DNA of 64,000 nucleotides from Octopus vulgaris (taxonomy: Eukaryota), in the NCBI GenBank assembly GCA_951406725.2, contig OX597826.1:40796001-40860000 (forward strand), read 5' to 3'. The first letter of the stretch is position 1. Each line of letters starts with the position of its first letter. This document shows, piece by piece, positions 52,149-64,000 of the stretch. The notes beneath the pieces are model-generated. The model searched no databases. It saw only the letters and a list, made by a program, of their open reading frames with translations, and was not told the DNA's origin. A program made the position numbers and the translations under genes.

Positions 52149-54254
52149 CCTTGTCTCCATTGTTTTCTATCTCTATTTATGACTCTTCATCTACGTCTAA
52201 CACGACGTCCTTATGCCAAAGTCGTTTGAACAGTCATAGACAAACTGCAGCCTGAATGATTGAATAACATACCTACCATTAAATTATCTTGAATTTTTTT
52301 AGTAGTGCGGCCCACCTGATAATGAGCCATGTCTCATGCGGCCTGTATCTCGATAAAGGTTGTCCATTCCAGTGTTAGCACATCGGACAGAATGCAAAAT
52401 AGCATTCGCTCCGACTCCCTGTTCACTGAGTTCAAATTCTACTAAGCTCAATTCATCTCTCAATCTTTAAGATCGTTAAATAAAGTACCAGGCCAATATC
52501 GAAATCCATTCTTTATCCTGCCTCTTTCTCTCTGAAACAAACGCTTATATTCAAACCTGGAGAAAGAAATGCATTCTGCCATGTTAAAATGGCCCCTACA
52601 AGCCTTGTGTCATGACGCCGCCCTCTACATCTCCATCATGATTCAAGTCCCAATCCGCCCACATGCATACACACACATACCCAAGTACTTGGTTTGTTCT
52701 TTCTTTTGACATTTACACCAGTTTTTTCTTGCTAGTTGAAGGCGAAAAGTGACAAAAATAGTAGAGCGCCAGATAAAATACTACACAATGTTCAAACCTT
52801 TCTGTCCCTGTACGTTCAGGGATCAAATCCGACCAGTGTCGAGTTCTGTTGTTTATTACCCCCAGGATAACAGATATTTCTTCTGGGTGAGTTGATTCTT
52901 TCGACTGTACCACTCCTCTTCAATTTTCATATCTTTGTGCCAATGTAAGAAATCAATATATACATCGCGTTCTTTCTCTGTCTTGCTGTACCTTCCCACT
53001 CTCCTGTGTATCTTTATCTGTATATTTATGTAGCTTGTTATCGACTGCTATATCTATGTCTGTTTGTCTTCCCCCGTGCCCCATCTCTCAAAGGATTCTT
53101 CCCCTTCCTTCCTCTTACACTGCTTGTGTTGGTCGTGTAAAATCTGCTCGGATGGCGACGTAACTGACACGGAACATAAAGCCTACATTAACGGCAATTT
53201 CCGAAAAACAACCAGTGCCCCGCCATTAACACACACACAAACACACACACATACATACAAATATAAACAAATACACGCATTACAAATCAAATATATATAG
53301 GCATTACACATGTACATTATACACGCACATTACACACGACATCATTCGATGTTCCGGAAAATAATATTACTGAATGAAAGGCGAAAGTCATTTCTCCGTG
53401 ACTTCCCGTCAAAATAAAAATAAAAAAATGAAGGACAAAGTCGTCTGGTATTTTTTGTTAGTGTAACATACGACTTGTGAGAGCTCTCTACAGAGTAAAC
53501 TAGAGGAAGGACTAAGGAAAAAGGAAGAGAATTGTTATAATATGCTTGGTGGCTAATTTGTAGAGAATTGGGGGTGAATTTCAGGAGCATAGTAGATGCA
53601 TTAGAGCCGGGAAGACTGTTGTATATTGTTTCTTGTTATTATGTTGGTGGTGATGATAGAGTAAGCTGGGGGTAAAGATGGGAAACTAATATGATGCGTG
53701 TGTTTAATGTTATTTAAAACATCAGTTCTCCTGTTCTATCAATCAGATGGCTGTAAAATCTCTAAACAATATTGGTGGTGGGTAAGCTAATTACGGGTGA
53801 TGATGATGGTGACGACGACGATCGTGATGGAGGAGGAGAAGGAGGAGGGGAGGTGGTAGTACCAGAAAGCAGTTTACTAGAGGATGTCGAAGAAAAAGGC
53901 GAGGCCAATCGGTTTTTGATTCGATTAAGAGACATTGAGTTATAAAAAAGGTGGAGGATATGGCTGGAGAGGGAGGAATAAAACCATAAAAGACCAAGAA
54001 ATTCGAAGATGAAGAGGAATCGTTATGGTGGAAGTTCATTGCAGTAATAAAAAATAGAACAAGCCATAACAGATAATGATGTAGTTGATGATGATAATGA
54101 TGTTAATTAGTAATGGTGTTGGTGGAGGTGGTGGTGATAGTGATGGTAGTAACAATAACGATGACGGTGATGGTGAATTACAATAGTAATTAAGGTTTAG
54201 ACGATGTATTATTGTGGTGCCGTTAGTGATGTGGTTGCGGTGATAGCAATGGTA

Positions 54255-54846
54255 AATACGTTGTTGTTGTTGTTGTCGTTGGCGTGGTGGTGTTGGTTTT
54301 GCTGGTGGTGGTGGTGGTGCTGTTGGTGTTGGTGTTGGTGGTGTTGGTGTTGGTGTTGGTGGTGTTGTTGTTGGTGTTGGTTTTGGTGGTGTTGGTGTTG
54401 GTGGTGTTGGTGTTGGTGTTGGATTGGTGGTGTTGGTTTTGGTGGTGGTGGTGGTGGTGGTGGTGTTGGTGTTGGATTGGTGGTGTTGGTGGTGGTGTTG
54501 GTGTTGGATTGGTGGTGTTGGTTGGTTGGTGGTGTTGGTGGTGTTGGTGTTGGATTGGTGGTGTTGGTTTTGGTGGTGGTGGTGGTGGTGGTGGTGTTGG
54601 TGGTGGTGGTGCTGTTGGTGTTGGTGTTGGTGGTGTTGGTGTTGGTGTTGGTGGTGTTGGTGTTGGTGTTGGTGGTGTTGTTGTTGGTGTTGGTTTTGCT
54701 GGTGGTGGTGGTGGTGGTGCTGTTGGTGGTGGTGGTGGTGGTGGTTGGTGTTGGTGTGGTGTGGTGTTGGTGTTGGTGGTGTTGGTGTTGGTGGTGTTGT
54801 TGTTGGTGTTGGTTTTGGTGGTGGTGGTGGTGGTGGTGGTGGTGGT
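54255..54846. repeat. G/T-only (GGT/TGT)n low-complexity array
   Basis: Directly visible; poly-H/P/T/W/V ORFs are artefacts. Similar tracts at 55310-55430 and 63710-64000. Confidence 0.9.
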
Positions 54847-55116
54847 TTGTTAGTGAGTGTTAGAATGGGAATTGAAAGTAAGTGCTCTAGCAACCACTAT
54901 TCACTATTGCGGTACTTGTTTGGGGGTAAAGATGGTTGTTGTAATAATGGTACTAGTGATCATCGGAGTGATAATAATATTGATTGTTGTGGTTGTAATG
55001 GTGGTTGTGATTGTGTTATTGGTGGTTGTGGCGGTGGTGGTGATGGTAGTAGCTATGATTTTAGAACGATGCGAAAAATAATGGTGTTCATTTTTAATGG
55101 CTGATATTGTTTATAG

Positions 55117-55300
55117 CACCTAGTCAATCCTAATAAAGCAAACCTATATTCAGAGACTCTCCAGCCGTGAGCAACTCGTCTTTTTCTATGTATGAGCAAG
55201 GTAACCTGATTACACATTATCCAAAGTGTCTTTTTCAGGACATTAGGATATGAATTGAGGGAGACTTTGGCTGCTATCTCTTAACAAGTCGAGCGGCTAA
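55117..55300 (+). repeat. Old interspersed repeat (related pieces near 11625-11800 and 57280-57430)
   Basis: Loosely shared blocks such as tacacattat(c/a)caa, gc(t/a)gctat.t.t.a.caag..gagcg; highly diverged. Confidence 0.35.
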
Positions 55301-56036
55301 TAGATAGCAGTGGTGGTGGTTTTGGCGGTGGCGGCGGTGGTAGTGGTGGTGGTGGTGGTGGTGGTTTTGGTGGTGGTGGTGGTGGTGGTGGTGGAGGCGG
55401 CGGTGGCGGCGGCGGTGGCGGCGGCGGTAGCGTGTTAATGATGGCCACGATAGTGTCCTTGCACAGAGATAGAGATGAAGGAGAAGAAGAGGGAGAAATT
55501 ATGGATCATCCTCTCTCTCTCTCTCTTCGTCTCTCTCACGCGCGCGCGCGCAACCCCTCTCTTCTTGCCTCTCCTTTACTCTCGCTCCTCCCCATCAATA
55601 AAATGAGGAGGACATGGATAAACAGACAGAAAGAGGGGCTGACAACTCACAAGGGGCTATGTAGTGGCGCCGGGCTATTATCGTTGCGCCGGCTGTCGAT
55701 ATTGTTGCAGAGAAACAATTTATCATTTAACCCTTCATTATAGATACACCTTCCCACCTCCAACCCGCCCCCCAGTTGTTACCCACTCACACCCTACCCG
55801 AACAACTATTCTATCTATCCATCCATCCATCCATCCACACATCCTACCAACCACTGTACCCTCCCTTGCAATCAGACCTTAATGGGAAGAAGGGGACAGC
55901 GCTTTAAACGGCAATCGGAAAGAGAAGAGGGGTTGGAAAGAGATGAAAAAACCACAAAGATGGATGGGATGGAAAGGGGTAGGGGAGCTAAGAGCGTAGG
56001 GAAGGATGATGGGGAGAGAGGTGGAGGAGAGAGAGA

Positions 56037-56420
56037 ATGAGTGAGTGAGTGAGTGAGTGAGTGAGTGAGTGAGTGAGTGAGTGAGTGAGCGAGTGAGTGA
56101 GTGAGCGAGTGAGTGAGTGAGCGAGTGAGTGAGTGAGTGAGTGAGCGAGTGAGTGAGTGAGTGAGTGAGTGAGTGAGTGAGCGAGCGAGTGAGTGAGTGA
56201 GTGAGTGAGTGAGTGGGTGAGTGAGTGAGTGAGTGAGTGAATGAGTGAGTGAGCGAGTGAGTGAGTGAGTGAGTGAGCGAGTGAGTGAGTGAGTGAGTGG
56301 GTGGGTGAGTAAGTGAGTGAGTGAGTGAGTGAGTGAGTGAGTGAGTGAGTGAGTGAGTGAGCGAGTGAGTGAGCGAGTGAGTGAGTGAGTGAGTGAGTGA
56401 GTGAGTGAGTGAGTGAGTGA
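56037..56420. repeat. (TGAG)n microsatellite, ~380 bp
   Basis: Directly visible; gives the SLTH-repeat ORFs. Confidence 0.95.
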
Positions 56421-57103
56421 ATAGCGAAGCCGAGAGGAGAGGAATAAATAAGGAAGAACGAACGCAAAAAAGAGGAAGTGAGAGGAAAAAGAGAGAAATT
56501 TGGGGATATAGTAAGAGGAGAATAGTAGAGAATGAGAGTGAGAATAAAAGAGAAAGGAAGAAGTGAAGAGGAGAGACCGACAAAGAGAGAGAGAGATAAA
56601 GGAGATAGAGTGATGATTTAAGGAGAAGTGAAGAAGCGTGAATGGATGAAGGACGAGGGGAAACGAGAGCGAAGTGGAACGAAGGTTTGGGAGGAGGGAA
56701 AGGTCTAAAGAAAATTGGACGGAGAAAAATAGAGAACGAGAGCAAAAGCAAGGAGAGACAGATAGACCGATGTAAAAGAGAAAAGTAAAATCAAGGATGA
56801 AATTATGGCGGCAGAGGGGAAGTAAAAAAAGAACACGCTTTAAAATGTGCTGGGGACAAGAGAAAGAACAAAAGAATGATAATAGTGGTTGTTTAATAAC
56901 GATGATAATTAGATGCGGTCGTTGTTTCGTATACTCATCTTTATTTCTCGTCAATAGATGGTGGGTTTGTTGTATGACCAGATAAACTTCCATTAACAAT
57001 CTTTATACAATGACAGAGAGAGAGAGAGAGAAAGAGAGAAGTGAGGAATGAAGGAGAGAGAAAGAGAGAGACGGAGAGAGGCAGACAAGCAGACAGACTG
57101 GCC

Positions 57104-57134
<31 letters not shown>

Positions 57135-57459
57135 GGCAGACAGATTGACAGACAAACTGATAACGGTTGTCCACCTCATCAAAAGTCAATTGAAAAGACA
57201 GTAAAGTGGCAGAGCGATGGACTGAATTGGCTTCCAGTTATGTTCCAGGATAGTCCGTGTATTTATTTATCTGGTTAATTGTTTAAGCCTAGGTCAGCCC
57301 TGATAGATCTTATTTTATATCAAAGGTAAACCAACCGGGACATCCTTTCTATTATTCGGTCATAGTGTGTCTTGGAATACACAATTCAATGTCCATGGGT
57401 TGACGATAATGTAGCTCTAGCTAGCTCTAAAAGACGGGATTGTCACAACTGGAATATTA

Positions 57460-57678
57460 TTCTTTACTACCCACAAGGGGCTAAACACAGAGGGGACAAA
57501 CAAGGACAGACAAACGGATCAAGTCGATTACATCGACCCCAGTGCGTAACTGGTACTTAATCTATCGACCCCGAAAGGATGAAAGGCAAAGTCGACCTCG
57601 GCGGAATTTGAACTCAGAACGTAACGCCAGACGAAATACGGCTACGCATTTCGCCCGGCGTGCTAACGTTTCTGCCAG
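57460..57678 (-). mobile_element. SINE family B with 11-bp target-site duplication
   Basis: TSD caactggaata at 57446-57456 and 57679-57689. Confidence 0.9.
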
Positions 57679-58087
57679 CAACTGGAATAATTTTGGTAAA
57701 AGGTTTGCTCAACTGAGGATGACTTGAGGCTAAATAACAACAGGAGGATTACGTTTCTTCGGGTTTTTCAATTCCCTCCAATATTTAGTTCAGTCTTCCT
57801 ACGCCATGAGTTCAAATCCAGTTGTTGCTTAATCTCACCCCAGGACCATTATTCTTTTATTTTTTTATCTTTTTTTTTTACTTCCGATCATTGAATTAAG
57901 GTCATACTTCTTTCATCGATCTCTATTCGCCGAATCATTAAAATACAGAACAAGCACAAAACCATTAATTTTGAATGGGGAGGGTTAGTCGACAGAACTT
58001 AGTATTTCACTGGTACCTTATTTTATTGCCTTTCAGCTCCCTGGGGTTGATCAAAAAACAAGTACCAGTCAAATCGACCAATCAAAC

Positions 58088-58146
<59 letters not shown>

Positions 58147-58156
58147 AATAATAATA

Positions 58157-58191
<35 letters not shown>

Positions 58192-58194
<3 letters not shown>

Positions 58195-59655
58195 TCTTTC
58201 TTTATTGAACACCAGGGTCGAACACAAAACATAGAGGATGATACACAAACGAAGGACAGTGAGGTTAAACGTGTGAACAGCCAACAAACACAACGATTAA
58301 CAAAGAGATCAATTCAATAATAAGCTTCCCCAACAGGGGGAGAGTTCCACCGTAAGGTGACCAAAGAGACCTCACGCGCTTTGGACCCCTTAACACCAAA
58401 GACTCCTCAGGAAAGCACTCTCTCTTCTTCCTTTTTTCCGGCCTACAGGCCCACTTACAGCAGGCCCATTCACGCGGGCCATTCTTGCCACATTCAACCA
58501 TCTTTCATCGAACTTACTGGGTGACAGTATCCCCCACTCCAACCTCAATTACTTTTTCAGGTGGAACCTGAAAAAGTCAATGAGGCCTTGTCCCAGGAGG
58601 AAGGTACCTGTCATCAAACATTTCAATCGCATCCACCACACAATCTCTTTTGCCATAGCCACCAGACAGAGAAAAATTACCCTCCCTTCCCGGCCAAAGG
58701 AAGGAGGGAGGGTGATCTTCTCAATGGACTCGGACGATAGCCGGATCCGCCCTACACATAACAATAACTGTTCGACAAAGCTCCACAAGTCAGCAATGCG
58801 CGGACATTGCATGAGAGCATGCAGAACGGTTTCATCGCTCCGCGTGCATCTCAGACAAGCCCGACTGACTGCACACCCGTGCCTGTAGAGCTTACCACGA
58901 ACCGGCAGTGCCTCCCAGTAGCACTACTAGGCCAAGGATTTCTGGAAGTTATCCGTAGTTCCCAGTCCGAACGTCCTCCGGAAGAGACCAGCCAGTTAAT
59001 TCCCCTCGACTCCCAGGACTTCTCCGAATACGTTGTCATACTTGCCCGCCACTGATCCCCTATAGAACTCTAAGGTGAAACTTTCACCAACTGCATTATC
59101 GATAGGCCGAGGGCTGTGAGCACTTGGAGACACTCTAGGTGCCAAGCGCCCTGCCTCGGTCTACGCCTGATCCAGGACTGTCGCTCCGTCAACAGGACGA
59201 GCTGCGGAAAATCACGTTCAACAAATAATGGCGACCACACCTGCTCACCGTTAAAGTATAACTGGAAATGTAGCAGTGTCAGCACATGTCTGTGCATCCT
59301 CAGCCACGGCATGCCCAGCCCTCCATGCAACGGGTGCTGACATCAAATGGACCATCTGACAAGCGGTACCTGACGACAGTCAGGTGGTAGTATATGACGG
59401 ATGCGATGTACGTATTTGCCACCTCTGCCCGACCTTTCAGGGACAGCCTCCTCTCGACCTATTTCTGGGTGAGACTGACCACCCTGTCTGTAATCTCGCC
59501 CCAGTTCTTGTCGATTTGGAAATCTGGACCAAACCAGACCCCGAGCAACTTAACAGGTCTTTCCGTCCAACGCCCCACAACGCTGTCGATTGACACGAAC
59601 CTGCCTCACCAGGTGCCAAGCTGCAGGCCCACTGACTTCTCCTGGTTGGTCATTA
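58192..59655 (-). mobile_element. Tx1-like LINE 3' fragment, copy 3 (longest)
   Basis: HGGLGMPWLRMHRH, ETVLHALMQCPRIADLW (CCHC-type region), FLCLVAMAKEIVWWMRLK; AATAAA then (ATT)n. Confidence 0.75.
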
Positions 59656-59685
59656 CTCCTGTCACCACTTCATACTCATTATTTT

Positions 59686-60050
59686 TATTACTTCCACCTT
59701 AGCGAAAGACGGGGTATAGTTTCAGCCGTATTTGTTTGTTTGTCCTTGGACAAGATATCTCAAGAAATGCTGGATGGATTCAGATGAAACTTTCAGGGAT
59801 ATTTGGCTTCGTGACTGGTACGAACTGATTAGATTTTAGGATCGATCCGGTACCAGACAAGGATTCTGGATATTTTTCCTGCTCTTTTACTTAATTTTTG
59901 AGAGCGGTCGGGTTCATTGCTAGCATTCTCGTTTGTGAGAGCAGTCGAGTTTATTTCGGATATTCTCATTTTAAAAATCATCTCTGGCTATTCGTTGAGA
60001 GGATATTGGTGTTGCCTTCACGAAAGTTTGCACTCCCTGAGTGTTCTTGT
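59686..60050 (+). mobile_element. Helentron-associated / DINE-1-like non-autonomous element
   Basis: ttattacttccacc start, (TTTG)n/GTCC tract, caagatatctcaagaa...tggatggattcagatgaaactttcagg core, 3' stem gcactc-cct-gagtgt then cttgtt. Confidence 0.65.
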
Positions 60051-60089
60051 TATTATTATCATTATTGTTGTTGTTGTTGTTGTTGCTGA

Positions 60090-60275
60090 TAAGGTGGTGA
60101 GCTTGCAGAAATGTTAGCACGCCGAGCAAAAAATGTTTAGCGGCATTTCGTCCCTCGTCACGATCTGAGTTCAAATTCGGCCGAAGTCGACTTTGCCTTT
60201 CATCAGTTCAGTGTCGCTAAAATAAGCACCAGTTGAACCCCTCCCCTCAAATATCAGGCCTTGTGCTTATAGTAA
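60090..60275 (+). mobile_element. SINE family B, diverged
   Basis: aggtggtgagcttgcagaaatgttagcacgccgagc...gagttcaaattcggccgaagtcgactttgcctttcatc. Confidence 0.8.
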
Positions 60276-60292
60276 TAATAATAATCCTTAAA

Positions 60293-60348
<56 letters not shown>

Positions 60349-60605
60349 TGAGCTTTTTGAATTCTATTTCTTGAGTTACGCGTTACCAATTATTATTTAA
60401 ATGTGAAACTCGGAGTTTCAACTCGAGACATCTCAACTAACCCCTAATAAGCTACACACTCTCTACTCTATGAAATACATACATACATACGTACACACAT
60501 ACATACATACCTACATACATACATACATACATACATACATACATACATACATACATACATACATACACATACATACATACAAACATACATACATACATAC
60601 ATACA

Positions 60606-61085
60606 CTTACAGAAGAAGTTGATTATATTGAGACCGATGAGAATTTTGGTGGAACTTAAAATTGAAACAGCCACTAAGTTAAAACACAACCAGCCAGATG
60701 TTGTGTTGGACCACAAGGAAAACATTTGTTCTGTTGTAAAAATCAACTGCCCTCTGGACACCAATGTAGTTTGAAAACAGCAAGAGAAAGTGTACATCTA
60801 TGGACCATTAATAAATAGTTTGCAAATCCAGTACCCATAATGCACATTCAGTTGCATACCTATTATTATGAGAACAACAGGATACATACCAACCCTTCTG
60901 GAACAAAGTATGGCTGAACCTAGAGAGAATGTAAATCCTTAATTCATACATTACAAATGATCACGACATATGGGATTATAAAAATCTGCAAAACCTTCAT
61001 AAAATGTAAAGGGAGATGAACAAAACAAGATGGTTTCCTTCATAACCGTCACAAGTAGGTGACCAGTCAAAATTTACTATAAATT
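60606..61085 (+). mobile_element. RLE-type LINE 3' fragment flanked by (CATA)n
   Basis: KVKHNQPDVVL, VVKINCPLDTNV, YGPLINSLQIQYP, IPIIM..TGYIP, KICKTFIK (restriction-like endonuclease region). Confidence 0.7.
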
Positions 61086-61249
61086 AAAAAGAGAAAGAGA
61101 AAAACATACATACAGACAGACTATCTTTGAATATTGTATTCTTCTGTAACATCTTTTAAGCACCAAGTGTCGGAGTGTGTCCCTTGACCCAATTTTGCAT
61201 ACATAAGGCTGATAACATCATAAGATGAGTAAAACAACTCCTTGAGCAG

Positions 61250-61964
61250 CATTCCTTGTCTGATAACCTTAAATACATGCCCAAAGAAGCCCCCAACGTA
61301 TCATCAGATGAAAAGATGAGCGTATATCAGCAGAAGACCATGTATAGATATGTTTGCAGAAAGCTCCGAGATGATAGTAACATTGATCATCAAAGTAGTT
61401 TACCATGGGCCAACAACCGGATGTAAACATAACAGAGCTGACAGTGATTTGGGATGGAGAAGAGAAACAGTTGCGAAAATCAGCTACCCATCGGATGTTA
61501 ACATAAAGCTGAAGATCAACGAAAAAGAAAAATACCTACGTTGAACAATTGAGAAATCTGCAGATACTCTATCTAGATTACAAGTTCAGGTTTATACCTG
61601 TAATTATTGAGGCACTAGGATATGTGTCACACTGCCTAAATACCAATCTTGAGAAATTGGGCTTCTCAAAATCAGAAAGGGGAAAGCTGATTCAAAGACT
61701 ACAGATCCAATCCATCGGCGGAACTGTAAAAATCTGTAAGATTTTCCAGAAGTTTATCATTTAAATATATATATATAAATATGTCTAGACATGCAACTAT
61801 GTGCATGCATAAAAGAAAACATACAAATCTTCACATATACATACATACTCTGTTGTTGATGTTGAAATTCCAAAGAAGGAGCATTGAATTTAGATTAGAA
61901 ACCGGCTCTTTCGCTATTGGCAAGAAATCTTGAAATAAAGCTAAGCAATGCCATACATGCATAC

Positions 61965-61995
<31 letters not shown>

Positions 61996-62118
61996 CATAC
62001 ATACAAGTATACCCTATTGATATTGTTGAAATACCAATGAAGGAGCCTTGGATTTAGGTTAGAAACCGGCTCTTTCTCTATTGACAAGAAATCTTGAAAT
62101 AAAACTGAATTATGTCAA
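61250..62118 (+). mobile_element. Second RLE-type LINE 3' fragment plus tandem 3'-UTR units separated by (CATA)n
   Basis: GCKHNRAD, ISYPSDVNIKLKINEKE, LRNLQILYLDYKFRFIPVIIEALGYV...GTVKICK; UTR unit at 61846-61952 repeated at 62008-62118. Confidence 0.75.
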
Positions 62119-62141
62119 ACATACATACATACATACATACA

Positions 62142-62175
<34 letters not shown>

Positions 62176-62179
62176 AACA

Positions 62180-63150
62180 GTAGACTGAGTAGAATTATCA
62201 GGGTTTGTTGAAATAGACTCGTTTCCAAGAATAGAGAAACACTGCCTTAGAAGCTTTTAATGTTAACATAACAGAAGAATACTTAGAACATCAGGAAGAG
62301 ACCTTTACCGTTATATCCTTGATTTTAAGAAAGCGTTTAATCATGCATAACATGAATCAGTATGGCTCATAATGAAGAAATATAATATCAACGTTGCAAT
62401 AATAGATCTTATAACAGGCGGCGAGCTGGCAGAAACGTTAGCACGCCAGGCGAAATACTTAGCAGTACTTTGTCTGTCCCTACGTTCTAAGTTCAAATTC
62501 CGCCGAGGTCGACTTTGCCTTTCATCCTTTCGGGGTCGATTAAATAAGTACCAGTTACGCACTGGGGTTGATGTAATCGACTTAATGTCCTTGTTTGTCC
62601 CCTCTATGTTTAGCCCCCTGTGGGCAATAAGGAAATATATCTTATAAAAATCATTGTATGACATGCAAAATGTCTGATTTTAATTATAAATTCATCAAAC
62701 AACTGGTTTAAAACAACAGTTGGTGCCAGATTGGGTTTGTATTTTTCACAATAAACCTTCAGTGGATTTCTGTGATATCCACTGACGGAAAAACTTGAAT
62801 CATTTGAAATATTAATGTAGGTAGCTAAGACTTTAATAATCTCCATTTTGCCCGATTTGATATCGGTCTCAGATAAAATGAAAAAGACTTAAAGATCTAG
62901 CAACTCGTTTTAATACAGGTTCATGAACTGATGGAAAGCAAAGTACTAAGGAAAAGATAACTGAAAGCAAAAATTAAAACAGTGAACCCAAATTAAATAA
63001 CTGTGAAGACGCTCAATCATGTTGATTAAATTTAGTAAGTATCTGGGAAGAACACGAACAGAAGATGAGGGATCAAATTAAAAAGTGAAGTGCCAGAACA
63101 AATAGTAATTTCAGCTGCCCTGTATGGGTCCGAATTATAGCCGTTAGATG
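62180..63150 (+). mobile_element. Decayed RTE-like RT fragment interrupted by SINE B
   Basis: LDFKKAFN...WLIMKKYNI, NWFKTTVGAR, KYLG, LYGSE motifs in order. Confidence 0.6.
62417..62637 (+). mobile_element. SINE family B, full length with TSD
   Basis: TSD atcttataa at 62406-62414 and 62639-62647. Confidence 0.9.
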
Positions 63151-63162
63151 CTGAATTTAGAC

Positions 63163-63412
63163 GGGCCGTCTAAAGCTTTGTGAGTGCATTTAGTGGACGG
63201 AAATTGAAAGAAGCCCATCGTATATATATGTGTGAGTGTGTGTGTGTGTGTGTGTATCTTAGTGTATGTGTTTATCCCCCATCACGGCTTGACAACCGGT
63301 TTTGGTGTGTTTACGTCTCCGTTATATAGTGGTTCGACAAAATGAACCGATATAATATGTACTTGGCTTTAAAAAAAGTTCCGGGGCTCGATTTGTTCGA
63401 CTAAAACCCTTC
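63163..63412 (+). mobile_element. SINE family A, partial
   Basis: tttgtgagtgcatttagtggacggaaattgaaagaagccc...gcttgacaaccgg...ttcgactaaaaccc. Confidence 0.75.
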
Positions 63413-63490
63413 CGTGGTTACTGCTTCTGTTTGAAGGTGTAGTACATTCACTTAATTCACTTTATATCAACCCATGGTAACACGTGTTGC

Positions 63491-63534
<44 letters not shown>

Positions 63535-64000
63535 TATTGTTGTCGTTCATGTTGTTGTTATGGTCTCTTATTCACTCGTGGTTCAATTAACAATAATTAA
63601 GTGTCAATATTACAGTAAATATCGGAGCACTTAGTTTACAATTATTCTTGTGAAATTTGTTGTTAGTATTGCTGTTATTATTGTTGATGTTGTCACCGTT
63701 GTTGTTATTGCTGTTGTTGTTGTTATTGTTGTTGGTCGTGGTGGTTGTGGTGGTGGTGGTGGTGGTGGTGGAGGTATAAATATTGGTGCCGGTACTGGTG
63801 ATAGTTGTGGTGGTGGTGGTGTGGTGGTGGTGGTGGTGGTGGTGGTGGTGGTGGTAGTGGCAGTTGTGGTAAGGATGACGTGACGACGACGGTAGAAGTT
63901 TTGGTGCTGGTGCTGGTGATGGTGATGGTGTTGCTGGTGATACTGGCGGTGGTATTGGTGGTGGTGGTGGTGGTGGTGGTGGTGGTAGTGATAGCGGCGG

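Noticed and set aside
52300-52372. hAT-like terminus (gcggccc...aaaggttgtccattccagt)
   Set aside because: Single degenerate end with no partner TIR or TSD found.
54036-55104. His/Pro/Gln-rich and Trp/Cys-rich ORFs
   Set aside because: Open in several frames on both strands because of GGT/TGT repeats; no domain or splice evidence.
55872-56999. 375-aa SLTH-repeat ORF
   Set aside because: (TGAG)n plus purine-rich low complexity.

Overview
AT-rich eukaryotic intergenic or intronic DNA, most likely from an octopus (inferred from the tRNA-derived SINE families and the very high density of TA/CA/TAA/CATA microsatellites). I can support no host protein-coding exon; almost all ORFs in the track are translated microsatellites. 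Recognisable content: (i) three tRNA-derived SINE families; (ii) a young, 5'-truncated CR1/L2-group LINE whose ORF2 (APE+RT) has one in-frame stop (47436-50814); (iii) fragments of R4/Dong-type RLE LINEs, RTE LINEs and Tx1-like LINEs, mostly abutting tri- or tetranucleotide repeats; (iv) foldback Tc1/mariner derivatives and a Helentron-type non-autonomous element; (v) many hammerhead-ribozyme (HHR) motifs in what look like Penelope-like-element (PLE) terminal repeats or retrozymes, including a 4-kb inverted repeat. The top finding is three copies (303-425 -, 1025-1155 -, 2581-2705 +) of a hammerhead core whose three strands occur in the order [stemIII'-UH-stemI'] -> [stemII'-GAAA-stemIII] -> [stemI-CUGAUGA-stemII]. 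That order is not a circular permutation of HHR types I/II/III, yet the helices are preserved by compensatory changes between copies. It is a candidate new ribozyme topology (pseudoknotted or obligate dimer). All structures were read by eye and are untested.
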